Assembly: GCA_963836185.1 (NCBI GenBank)
Contig: CAWIIQ010000001.1
Coordinates: forward strand, 1,280,001-1,344,000
Length of the DNA: 64,000 bases
Reading direction: 5' to 3'
Source of the DNA: Candidatus Krumholzibacteriia bacterium
GTDB taxonomy: Bacteria > Krumholzibacteriota > Krumholzibacteriia > Krumholzibacteriales > Krumholzibacteriaceae
The translations under genes were made by a program, and so were the position numbers. Below the pieces are notes generated by a model. That model was given only the letters and a program-made list of their open reading frames with translations, made no database searches and was not told where the DNA came from. Below, piece by piece: positions 27,916-36,917 of the stretch; position 1 is the first letter of the stretch, and the number at the start of each line of letters is the position of its first letter.

Positions 27916-29550
27916 GTGGTGATGAAGGCGTGGAGCTTCCTTCCGCTTATATTTGCGGTCACAGTGGCGGATTCCGCTTTATCGCAGGTCGTACTCAACG
28001 AGATCTATTACGATCATCCCGGCAGTGACGCGGGTTTTGAATTCATCGAGCTGTATTGTGCGGGCAGCGTGGAGATCCCTCTCGCGGGATGGTCGATCGT
28101 CATGATCGACGGGAGGACGGGTACATCGCGCGAGCTGTGGGCGGCAGGTGCCGGGAGGGTCATCGATAGCGGCGGATTGATCCTCATAGGAGGCGACAGC
28201 GTCGCCGTCTCTACGGCTGACCTGCTGGCCGGCTCGATCGAAAACGGGCCCGACGCGGTGGCCCTTCTGCGGGCTGGCGAGAGCATGGACCTGGTGCGCT
28301 ACGGTGGTGACGATCCGGGTTGCAGCGCCGGCAGATCCCTGTCCCGCAGGCCGGATGGATCGGGCCTTGTCTGCTCATCGCCGACTCCCGGACGGATAAA
28401 TTTTCATAAAATCGATCTGGCGGTCGCGTTCGCCGGCCCCGTCCATGTTCATTGCGCTTCCGGATGGTCGGAAATATTCATCTGTCTCGAAAACAGGGGG
28501 CTGGAAGGATTCTCCGGAGACTGTTTTCTGACAGTAACGAGTGTGCGGGATGGTCTTAGGTCAGTAGCGGGCAGCAGGCGGGTCAGTCCTTCGCTCGATG
28601 CGGGGGAAGGGCGGGAAATAGGGGTAAGCTGCGGCGGGATGCCTTCCGGGATCTCGACTCTGGAGATATTGATAGAGGCTGACGGCGACACCTGTCCCGA
28701 AAACGACATCGAAACTGTCTCGACCAGTTCTTCGCCGGGAGAGGTCGTTGTGACCGAGATAATGTACAGGCCCGAAGGCGGCGGCGAATGGATCGAGATC
28801 TTTAACAGGTCATACGGAACAGTCGATCTTGCAGGATGGTCCGTGACTGACTTGTCGGGAGCCTCAGGGTCCATTCCCGGAGGTGTGGAGATAGAGACGG
28901 GAGGCTTCGTCGTCCTCGCTCAGGACCCTGCAGCCGTCCTGTCTGTGTTTCCGGGTATCACCGCTCCTGTTCTGCCGCTCGAGAACGGGTGGCCCCGTCT
29001 CAACGACGGGGATGGGGACGGCACTGCTGAAGAGATATTTATCAGGCGTTCCGACGGGACCATTATGGAAAGTGTCTCGTACCGCTCCATGATCGAAGAT
29101 GAGAAAGGCCGCTCTATCGAGAGGCTCTCGCCCGAACTGTGCAGCACCGGCAGGGACGGTCTCTGGCTGCGGTGCGGAGCGGCCGCCGGCGGCACTCCCG
29201 GTGAGAGGAACTACTGCAATGCCTCCGTTATCCCATCGGAGGGGATGCATGTCTCTCCCGACCCTTTCTGCCCTCAGAAAGATGGCATGGTGCGATTCAC
29301 CGTTGCCGCCGGCTCAGCGGATGTCTCGTATGGAGCGAGAGTGTTTGATATGTCGGGCAGGGAGGTTTCCAGGCTGGCATCGGGGCCGGTCGACGCTCCG
29401 GCTGTCGTCTGCGGCTGGGACGGGCGGGATTCAGGAGGGAAGCCGGCCGGTACAGGCCTTTACATATGTGTGGTGGAATTCATGGGAAGCGGAGGTGGGG
29501 TATGCAGAAGGGAAAAAGGTACCGTGGCGGTCTGGACCGGACAGCGATGA
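27916..29550 (+). CDS. Secreted protein with two lamin-tail-like domains and a C-terminal FlgD-Ig/T9SS-like sorting domain
   Basis: Signal peptide, 'VVLNEIYYD...EFIELY', 'VVVTEIMY..EWIEIFN', 'TPG..N'. C-terminus 'SPDPF...VFDMSGREV...WDGRDSGG...TGLYI'. Confidence 0.8.
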   Translation: MVMKAWSFLPLIFAVTVADSALSQVVLNEIYYDHPGSDAGFEFIELYCAGSVEIPLAGWSIVMIDGRTGTSRELWAAGAGRVIDSGGLILIGGDSVAVSTADLLAGSIENGPDAVALLRAGESMDLVRYGGDDPGCSAGRSLSRRPDGSGLVCSSPTPGRINFHKIDLAVAFAGPVHVHCASGWSEIFICLENRGLEGFSGDCFLTVTSVRDGLRSVAGSRRVSPSLDAGEGREIGVSCGGMPSGISTLEILIEADGDTCPENDIETVSTSSSPGEVVVTEIMYRPEGGGEWIEIFNRSYGTVDLAGWSVTDLSGASGSIPGGVEIETGGFVVLAQDPAAVLSVFPGITAPVLPLENGWPRLNDGDGDGTAEEIFIRRSDGTIMESVSYRSMIEDEKGRSIERLSPELCSTGRDGLWLRCGAAAGGTPGERNYCNASVIPSEGMHVSPDPFCPQKDGMVRFTVAAGSADVSYGARVFDMSGREVSRLASGPVDAPAVVCGWDGRDSGGKPAGTGLYICVVEFMGSGGGVCRREKGTVAVWTGQR

Positions 29551-30278
29551 TGGTGGTGCTTGCCTTTGCGCTGTCACGGGGAGAGTGCAGGGCAGCGGAT
29601 TCGTGGCAGAGAGCAATGGGGGGTGTGATCTTTCCGAGGAGGAGGCATCCGGCGGTCTACGGCGCAACTGAAGGATACCTGCTCGCCGCGGCATCGGCAG
29701 CGAATCCGTTCGCCATACCGGGGCTCTGTGAATCGACGGCCTTCCTCTCCCTCGTACGGAACAGATGTTCGGCAGGGTTGGAGTGGGAACGTACAGGCAT
29801 CGCCGGATATTCGCATGACCTTCTCGAGGTGTCAGGAGGCTTCGCCCTTCCCGGAGGATTCATACATGCGGCAGCCTCGATGCGCGCGGAAAGCTGGAAT
29901 GTGACCGGGTACGGGAGGGATACGTCGGTCTCGGTTCTGTATTCCCTGTCGATGAAGCTGTCATCGATAGCCGTTATCGAGCTGGAAGGGGGAGGCAGGC
30001 AGATTGAGGCCCCCGCTCACATAACGGTCGCAGCCGGCCGCGGCACAGCAGTTATCATCCTGACATATGGCAGAGACGGATACGGAGGGAAAGTCGCGAG
30101 GGCTGGAGGGACGGTCAGTATCACTGGAAGGTTTTCGTTTCTTGCAGGATACGACATGGATACAGGTGAGGCCTCAGGGGGCCTCGCGTTCCGCACCCGG
30201 GTCCTGGCAGCGATTTCGTGGAGTATCCATCCTGCACTTGGTCCGACATTCTCAGTATCCGCGGGAGCGGTACGATGA
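29502..30278 (+). CDS. Putative outer-membrane beta-barrel, divergent PorV-like
   Basis: GGAGGT RBS before ATG 29502 (an alternative start at 29547 overlaps the upstream stop). Signal-like N-terminus, 'NPFAIPGL' motif, alternating beta strands, C-terminal 'HPALGPTFSVSAG'. Confidence 0.5.
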   Translation: MQKGKRYRGGLDRTAMMVVLAFALSRGECRAADSWQRAMGGVIFPRRRHPAVYGATEGYLLAAASAANPFAIPGLCESTAFLSLVRNRCSAGLEWERTGIAGYSHDLLEVSGGFALPGGFIHAAASMRAESWNVTGYGRDTSVSVLYSLSMKLSSIAVIELEGGGRQIEAPAHITVAAGRGTAVIILTYGRDGYGGKVARAGGTVSITGRFSFLAGYDMDTGEASGGLAFRTRVLAAISWSIHPALGPTFSVSAGAVR

Positions 30279-31768
30279 GGCGGGCGGCTCTGGCGGCCGC
30301 AATCCCGCTGATGCTCTCATGTGCCCGGGCGAGCGGTCCCCGGGGACCGGGCAGCGCCCTGTCGGAAGGGATCGATCCGTCCAGGGACCGGTATTTCAGT
30401 GAGACCTTTCTCGACGAGGTCTCACCGGGACCCGCGGTCGAAGCAGGAGTCGGCAGTGAACTCGATCTCTCCTGCGGCAGAGAGAGAAGGGATGCCTGGG
30501 TGCGGATCGGTACCCGGGGCGCAAGTTGCGCTGGGAGAGTGAGGAGTGCGGACGGCTGTTTCCGGGAGGCCTTTCATCTGGCGATAGCGCATGCAGGGAG
30601 GTTGAGGGTCGATCTTGGAGACCTTGTTCCAGACCTGGGGATCGGGCTTGTCTCGAGTGGCAGGAGATTCGCCTATCCATTCTCCTCGAGGCATCCGCTC
30701 TACCGCCCCAGAGGGATAAGGGGCTGGACAGGTTTCTACGGCTCTTTCATCCGGGGTGGGGCGATCCGTACCACTGTCGGGCCGGTCAGGGTGACACTCC
30801 TTTCCGGAATACTGGCGAGTCACGGCAGCCAGGGTGTCGAATACTCAGGCAGCGGCGCTGTTTCCGGAATCAGATTCGAAGTGGAAAGGGGCGCGGTCAC
30901 CGGGGGGCTGACCACGATAGATCCCGGTTCCCGAGGTGGTGAGAGGATAGCGGGACTCGACTTCACCGTTTCGTCGCCGGGCAGGATATACATGCTGGAG
31001 ACGGCGGCATCCCGGCCGGGGAATATATCGGCGGCATGGGGCATGACTGTCGATGGAAAGGATCTTGACTGCGGGATGATCGGGTGGTCGGTTCCTGCCG
31101 GATCAGACGGTTTCCTTGCATCCTTCCCCGGGCTTTCCACCGCATCCAGACGTTCCCGCAGCGGTGCATCTCTGGTGCTGAAAGGAAAGCTGCCCCGGAG
31201 GATCCATATTTCGGCATGGGGAGAGGTGAGGCAAAGCAGCGATGGAAGAGACAGGGAACTCGACAGGGCGCTGCGGTTAGAGGCCCGGATCAGGTGGAAA
31301 AGAAGCGCGGCGAGGTGTGCCTGGTCCTCACGTAATAAAGAATCAGAAGACCTCGTTCCTTTCCCGCCTCTCCAGGAGCTCTGCCGGGACGAGACCAGTG
31401 GGCTGGTACTCTCCTTTTCATGCAGGCCGGCGGCCTCGCTTGCCCTGGTGATCGAATTCAAGAGGCCGGGGGGTACTGGCGGCGACGGTCTGATGTGTGC
31501 ATCGAGGGCATCTCTCGCGCTTCGCAGTATCGATTCGCGGCTTTCGATATCGGCCGCGGCATACGGCTCTCAGAGTGGCAATCCCCGCTTCTCCCTGTAT
31601 GAACCGTCAGGGGGCGGGAAATACCCCTGGAAGACGCTCTACGGAAGTGGAAAGCGCATTGCGCTCGGTCTGGATACCGGAATCAGCATCGTCAGGGCAT
31701 CCGTATTTTTTCTGTGGACCCCTGAAGGGGCAGCGGAAGCGGCCTTCAGGCTGTCAGCTGCTATTTAA
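30275..31768 (+). CDS. Putative large outer-membrane beta-barrel protein
   Basis: ATGA overlap with the upstream gene, lipoprotein/signal-like N-terminus (LMLSC), amphipathic strands. 'LGDL..DLGIGLV' and 'FIRGGA' recall the barrel part of FCB-group helix-hairpin-helix proteins. Confidence 0.5.
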   Translation: MRRAALAAAIPLMLSCARASGPRGPGSALSEGIDPSRDRYFSETFLDEVSPGPAVEAGVGSELDLSCGRERRDAWVRIGTRGASCAGRVRSADGCFREAFHLAIAHAGRLRVDLGDLVPDLGIGLVSSGRRFAYPFSSRHPLYRPRGIRGWTGFYGSFIRGGAIRTTVGPVRVTLLSGILASHGSQGVEYSGSGAVSGIRFEVERGAVTGGLTTIDPGSRGGERIAGLDFTVSSPGRIYMLETAASRPGNISAAWGMTVDGKDLDCGMIGWSVPAGSDGFLASFPGLSTASRRSRSGASLVLKGKLPRRIHISAWGEVRQSSDGRDRELDRALRLEARIRWKRSAARCAWSSRNKESEDLVPFPPLQELCRDETSGLVLSFSCRPAASLALVIEFKRPGGTGGDGLMCASRASLALRSIDSRLSISAAAYGSQSGNPRFSLYEPSGGGKYPWKTLYGSGKRIALGLDTGISIVRASVFFLWTPEGAAEAAFRLSAAI

Positions 31769-31814
31769 CATATTTTCAGTGAATTGGAACCATTCATGCA
31801 TAAAATTCATCGGA

Positions 31815-33350
31815 ATGGAAACTCTAAAGACACTATCGTATGATTACGAGGCCGCGGGCCGCAGGATCGTCACGATCCCGACGGAACTGCCATTCTCTGA
31901 GTTTTACGAGGGGTTCAAAGCAATACGTGATTTTGAGCAGAGGCAGAAAGAGCTGACCGCGATAGCCGAGAACGGGAATATTTACGAGCTCTCAGCATCT
32001 CTTTCCTCTCATCTCCTCATCGCTGAATATCCTCATCTCGATCTCCTGACCATACTGGCCATGGCAGGTTCCGGTGATACGGCCGGGGTCAGGCTGCTCT
32101 ACGCCTCGATGCTCGCCGTTCAGCCGGCGACAGTGATGATAGGCAAGATGGCCGATTTCCATAACATCAAGCGGGTGATGGACAGGATACACAACAGAAA
32201 GAAAGCGCACGCTCCACTCAGCGATGCGGAAGAATGGTTCAGTAAAAAAGTCATGCTGCTGTCCATGGCGCAGAAGCTGCCCGATACCTCTGAATACGAT
32301 GCCGAGAAGCCATGGCACTCGTGGAGCGAAGGAGTACGCAGGGCGCTGTCCGAAGCCGACGACAGGTGGGACGAGGCAGTCACCGAGAGGGCCAAGGCCG
32401 AGGTAGAGGCTCTCGACATGAAGATAAGAAATATCGTTGCTTCTCTCGATCCGGACAGACGCGGCGCTGTCGCGATCTATCTCGGATCAATGTGTGAAGA
32501 GAACAAGTTCAAGATGCAGGCGCTCGGTGAATCGATAGGCGATGGACGGTCGGACCCGCTGATACTCAGGCGCGGGCTGGAAAATATCTGGGAGAATACG
32601 ATCACATCACTGCGTCAGAGCAGAGCGGGGAACCTGCTCGCCGACATGTTCGACGCCCAGGCACAGAAGACACACACGCTGCCGCAGCTCAAGGCGGGCG
32701 CTTCGCTGCTGAGGTCCCTTAACATGCATCCTGAGATCAGAGGTGTCACCGGCAGTATCGACCTGCTCAGCTGTCTTTACCAGTTTATAACGAGCGCGGG
32801 GGACGGTATTCTCGAGGTGATGGTGCCGAAAGGTACAAGACTCGACGCTATCCGGGATTCTTCGGGATTTACGTTCGAGGACGAGGTCCTTACGATAGAT
32901 CTCGTGAGGATCTCACGTGGAACATTCGTAGACGATGATGGAATGCCGATCAATGTCGACTGGACGCTCGCTACGCTCGACAAGCAACTGAGCTACAAGA
33001 GCCTGGTACTTTCCTATATGGACAACGACAGCTTCCTGGTCGAACTGCTGAACAACCCCAAGGCCAGTTCCAAGCCTGGTGTCGTGGACCTTATCTCGAC
33101 GAGATGCCGGTCACTCAGGGTCCTCACTCTCATAGCGACCCGAAGGGATCTCTTTACAGGTTTTGCGAACAAGAACGTTCCTCTCAATCTTCTGATGAGT
33201 CCCTGCAAGATACCGCTGACTTCGCTTAGAAAGTTCGTCCATGTCAGGTATGTCGATAAGATGACCCTGGCGAAGCTCACCGGCCGCGGGGGCAATATCC
33301 GCGAGGAAGTCAGGCGGGAGATCACCCGATACCTCGAATCGTCCCATTGA
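31815..33350 (+). CDS. Hypothetical alpha-helical cytoplasmic protein with a C-terminal helical-repeat-like domain
   Basis: Long ORF with genome-typical codon usage from ATG 31815. C-terminal 'LLNNPK...VLTLIATRRDL...LLMSP.KIPL'. Confidence 0.7.
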   Translation: METLKTLSYDYEAAGRRIVTIPTELPFSEFYEGFKAIRDFEQRQKELTAIAENGNIYELSASLSSHLLIAEYPHLDLLTILAMAGSGDTAGVRLLYASMLAVQPATVMIGKMADFHNIKRVMDRIHNRKKAHAPLSDAEEWFSKKVMLLSMAQKLPDTSEYDAEKPWHSWSEGVRRALSEADDRWDEAVTERAKAEVEALDMKIRNIVASLDPDRRGAVAIYLGSMCEENKFKMQALGESIGDGRSDPLILRRGLENIWENTITSLRQSRAGNLLADMFDAQAQKTHTLPQLKAGASLLRSLNMHPEIRGVTGSIDLLSCLYQFITSAGDGILEVMVPKGTRLDAIRDSSGFTFEDEVLTIDLVRISRGTFVDDDGMPINVDWTLATLDKQLSYKSLVLSYMDNDSFLVELLNNPKASSKPGVVDLISTRCRSLRVLTLIATRRDLFTGFANKNVPLNLLMSPCKIPLTSLRKFVHVRYVDKMTLAKLTGRGGNIREEVRREITRYLESSH

Positions 33351-33356
33351 TCGACG

Positions 33357-34538
33357 CTATCTCCTGAATCTTTTCCGTATTTCTCCCCAGGAGCTTTTCC
33401 GCGTCCCTACCGTACCGCACTCGGCGCGGTAAGCCCCGATATGGCTGCAGAAGATCCCGTCAGAAGCATTCAACCACAGGCAGGGTGAATCTGCCTGAAG
33501 ATACCAGTTCCCTGAGCCGGGGAGGCCGCAGAACTGAGGGTCGATGATATGATTGTTGCCCGAATCGGTTCCGCCTTCCGGTATGGAATCGCCGCCTGCG
33601 TTCTTCCAGAATACACAGGTTTCTACATCTATCGCGGAGCTTTCCAGCAAGCTGAGCGCGCTGCCCAGGTGACTGAACGAAATGATTGAGCACTCGAGCC
33701 TGATGCTGGATCCATCCTGCAGATGAATGCCTCCGCCGTCGGGCGCGTCGTTTTCGGACAAGGTGCATTGTCTGATAGTAGCGGGTTTATCCTCGCTGAC
33801 GCTGATCCCACCTCCGCGGTTATCGGATCTGTTAGCGCATATGATCGATCTCTCGATCCTGAAGTCGTAGTTATGCGCCAGCAGTCCCCCTCCTCGATCT
33901 TCGGCAATGTTGTCCCGGATCACACAGTTTCTTAGTGTCCCAGTAGTGGAGCTGTTTACCAGGCAGATCCCACCGCCGTAGTAAGCGCTGTTATTGTGGA
34001 ATACGCAGTCCTCTATCACAGGGGCGCTGACTCCGCCATACCACAGGCCGCCGCCCTGCTGGGCCGAGTTGGCGGTGAAGACACAGTTTTTTATGACGGG
34101 AGAGGACAGGTGCCCGATCAGACCGCCGCCGGCATCGTAATTGTCCGGCGCGACGCCATTCACGAAGGTGAAGCCGTCTATAACGATATCGTTGTAACCC
34201 TGGATGAACATGATCCTTCCCTGATATTGCGCGTCGAGTACAGTCACATCGGGGCCGTTGGAGCTTCGAAGTGTGAATCCGCTGACATCACGCCCGAAAA
34301 AGATCATTCCATAATCATCGGTATGGCCCTGGCTCGACCATGTATATGTCCCGGGGGCGACGAGGATCTCATCGCCGGCCCCTGACGAGTCTATGGCAGC
34401 CTGTATCGTCGGCGCATCGCCGGTCCCAGCCGCGTTGACGTTCCAGGTACGGGCCATGGATGCATACGAGAGTGAAAGAACGAGGAGGGACGTAAGGGAA
34501 ATAAGGGAGAGCGCTCCTGCGGTGGTATTTATTCTCAT
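33357..34538 (-). CDS. Secreted right-handed parallel beta-helix (pectin-lyase-fold) protein with a C-terminal SWG tail
   Basis: Signal peptide, 'PTIQAAID', 'VAPGTY', repeated 'NSA..GGG', 'DPQFC', 'DSPC'. Ends 'TRKSSWGEIRKRFRR'. RBS GGAGG upstream on the minus strand. Confidence 0.85.
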   Translation of the reverse strand: MRINTTAGALSLISLTSLLVLSLSYASMARTWNVNAAGTGDAPTIQAAIDSSGAGDEILVAPGTYTWSSQGHTDDYGMIFFGRDVSGFTLRSSNGPDVTVLDAQYQGRIMFIQGYNDIVIDGFTFVNGVAPDNYDAGGGLIGHLSSPVIKNCVFTANSAQQGGGLWYGGVSAPVIEDCVFHNNSAYYGGGICLVNSSTTGTLRNCVIRDNIAEDRGGGLLAHNYDFRIERSIICANRSDNRGGGISVSEDKPATIRQCTLSENDAPDGGGIHLQDGSSIRLECSIISFSHLGSALSLLESSAIDVETCVFWKNAGGDSIPEGGTDSGNNHIIDPQFCGLPGSGNWYLQADSPCLWLNASDGIFCSHIGAYRAECGTVGTRKSSWGEIRKRFRR

Positions 34539-34629
34539 CTGGCCTCCTTGCCTATAGCTTATTGATTGTAATGGTTATAATCAAGGGGTGTTCCTTGACG
34601 GGAAATGTATATTTATTGTCCTGCTGATG

Positions 34630-34658
34630 TTGACAAACGGAACCATGATACCTAATAT
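34630..34658 (+). promoter_or_regulatory. sigma70-type promoter upstream of the aminotransferase
   Basis: TTGACA-N17-TAATAT in an AT-rich divergent intergenic region. Confidence 0.5.
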
Positions 34659-34725
34659 CCGTATGTTATATCAGGAGCAATGGCGTATTCACGAAGATGG
34701 GGACCGATTCCATACAGGAGGAGTA

Positions 34726-35877
34726 ATGCTTGCTGAAAGAATGAGCAGGTTGGGGACCGAGACAGCGTTCGAGGTTCTGGCCCGTGCGAAGGCGATGGAA
34801 GCACAGGGACGCGATGTCGTTCATCTCGAGATCGGCGAGCCCGATTTCGATACCCCCGCGAATATTCGGGAAGCTGCAAAGAAGGCGATAGATGAAGGGT
34901 TCACGCATTACGGTCCATCCGCGGGCATGCTGAATGTCAGAGAGGCTTTTGCCGAGTTCCTTACGAAGGATCGCGGAATCGAGGTCAAGCCCGAAAACAT
35001 CGTCGTTACACCCGGCGCGAAGCCGATACTCTTCTTCACGATCCTCGCCCTGGTAGACAAGGGTGACGAGGTCGTCTATCCCAACCCGGGATTTCCGATC
35101 TACGAGTCAGTCATCAACTTCGTTGGTGCGAAGCCGGTTCCTGTTCCGCTGAGGGAGGAGAAAGCGTTCTCCTTCGATCTCGACGAGATGCGCTCCCTTG
35201 TCAATGACAAGACAAAGCTGATCATCATCAATTCTCCCCAGAATCCTACAGGCGGAGTCCTTACTTCAGAGGATATGAAGGGAATCGCCGAACTCGCGGA
35301 GAAGCATGACGCATACATCCTCAGCGATGAGGTCTACAGCAAGATGGTATACGAGGGCAAGCATGTCAGCATTTACGATTATCCCGAGGTGCGCGACAGA
35401 GTGATCCTCCTCGAGGGCCACTCGAAGACGTATGCCATGACAGGCTGGAGACTCGGTTATGCCTCGATGAATCCCGAACTGGCGGCGCAGATCTCGAAGA
35501 TCCAGACGAACAGCAACTCGTGCACGGCTGCTTTTACACAGATCGCAGGTGTAGAGGCTCTCACTGGCCCGCAGGACGAGTCTCTCAAGATGATGGCCGA
35601 GTTCAAGGCGAGAAGGGACCTGATCGTCGACGGTCTTAACGACCTTCCCGGGTTCTCATGCCTGAGTCCTAAGGGTGCTTTCTACGTATTTCCGAACATC
35701 ACGGGAACGGGCCGCAAATCGAAGGAACTCGAGGAGTTCCTGCTCGAGGAAGCCGGAGTGGCCGGCCTGAGCGGTACGAGTTTCGGCAAGTATGGCGAGG
35801 GATACCTGAGATTCTCGTACGCCAACTCGCAGGAAAACCTGAGGAAAGCCCTGGATATGATCAGGAAGGTCCTCTAA
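34726..35877 (+). CDS. PLP-dependent class I/II (aspartate-type) aminotransferase
   Basis: 'IGEPDF', 'NSPQNPTG', 'SDEVY', 'SKTYAMTGWRLGY'. AGGAGG RBS before ATG 34726. Confidence 0.93.
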   Translation: MLAERMSRLGTETAFEVLARAKAMEAQGRDVVHLEIGEPDFDTPANIREAAKKAIDEGFTHYGPSAGMLNVREAFAEFLTKDRGIEVKPENIVVTPGAKPILFFTILALVDKGDEVVYPNPGFPIYESVINFVGAKPVPVPLREEKAFSFDLDEMRSLVNDKTKLIIINSPQNPTGGVLTSEDMKGIAELAEKHDAYILSDEVYSKMVYEGKHVSIYDYPEVRDRVILLEGHSKTYAMTGWRLGYASMNPELAAQISKIQTNSNSCTAAFTQIAGVEALTGPQDESLKMMAEFKARRDLIVDGLNDLPGFSCLSPKGAFYVFPNITGTGRKSKELEEFLLEEAGVAGLSGTSFGKYGEGYLRFSYANSQENLRKALDMIRKVL

Positions 35878-35951
35878 GATAAGCAGATGATAACATCGAG
35901 TACCCCTGGCGGAGATATCTTCGCCGGGGGTATCGTTTCCGGAGGTAATCC

Positions 35952-36905
35952 TTGGCTGGTGAAATAGATGTGGTGGCCCTCGGAGGGAACGCGATAATCC
36001 CTTCCGGCGGAACGGGGACGATAGAAGAACAGAGAGAAGTCACGATACGCTCGATGGAGCATGTGGCCGACCTTATCCAGTCGGGCAGAAAAGTGATAAT
36101 CACTCATGGGAACGGACCGATAGTCGGGAACATACTCGAGAGGAACGAGGCGGCCAAGGACAGGATACCTCCGATGCCGCTCGACATCTGCGGGGCCGAC
36201 TCCCAGGGCGGGATCGGATACATGATCCAGCAGATCCTCGGCAATGTCCTCAGGAGCCGCAAGATCGACAAGCCCGTCGTCTCGATCGTATCTCAGGTGG
36301 TCGTCTCGGAAGAAGACGATGCCTTTCAGGACCCGACCAAGCCCATAGGCCCATACTATTCCCAGGACGAATCGAAAGAGCTGGAGAAGTCGAAGGGCTG
36401 GATCATGAAGGAAGACGCGGGAGGCAGGGGATACCGTCGCGTTGTGCCGAGCCCGACGCCGAAGGACATCGTCGAAGCCGATGTCATCTCGCATCTGCTC
36501 TCCAGGGGCGCTGTTGTCATCGCGGTAGGCGGCGGCGGGATACCGGTCGTGTTCAGGGACGGAAGGCTCGAGGGTGTCGAGGCCGTCATAGACAAGGACA
36601 GGGCAGCGTCCGCGCTCGCGACAGGTATCGGTGCTGAGAATCTGATAATCCTCACAAATGTCGAACAGGTATATACCGATTTTGGCAAACCGGAACAGCT
36701 GGGGCTCGGCAGGATCGAGGTCTCCGAGATACGGAAGATGTACGAGGCCTACGAGTTCCCCGCGGGCAGCATGGGGCCGAAGATCAGGGCCGCCATCGAT
36801 TTCGTGGAGGCAGGTGGACAGTCGGCGATCATCACCCATTCTGCCACCCTCAGGGAAGCTGTGGAGGGGAAAGTCGGCACCCATATAGTTCCGGACGGAA
36901 CCTGA
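35952..36905 (+). CDS. arcC: Carbamate kinase
   Basis: 'VVALGGNA', 'THGNGP', 'PTKPIGP', 'RRVVPSP', 'GGGGIPV', 'AVIDKD', 'GSMGPK'. Confidence 0.95.
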   Translation: MAGEIDVVALGGNAIIPSGGTGTIEEQREVTIRSMEHVADLIQSGRKVIITHGNGPIVGNILERNEAAKDRIPPMPLDICGADSQGGIGYMIQQILGNVLRSRKIDKPVVSIVSQVVVSEEDDAFQDPTKPIGPYYSQDESKELEKSKGWIMKEDAGGRGYRRVVPSPTPKDIVEADVISHLLSRGAVVIAVGGGGIPVVFRDGRLEGVEAVIDKDRAASALATGIGAENLIILTNVEQVYTDFGKPEQLGLGRIEVSEIRKMYEAYEFPAGSMGPKIRAAIDFVEAGGQSAIITHSATLREAVEGKVGTHIVPDGT

Positions 36906-36917
36906 TCCCGGCTTCAG

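Noticed and set aside
31497-31814. N-terminal 106-aa extension of the 617-aa ORF
   Set aside because: It overlaps the upstream gene and an AT-rich intergenic stretch; protein-like sequence starts at ATG 31815
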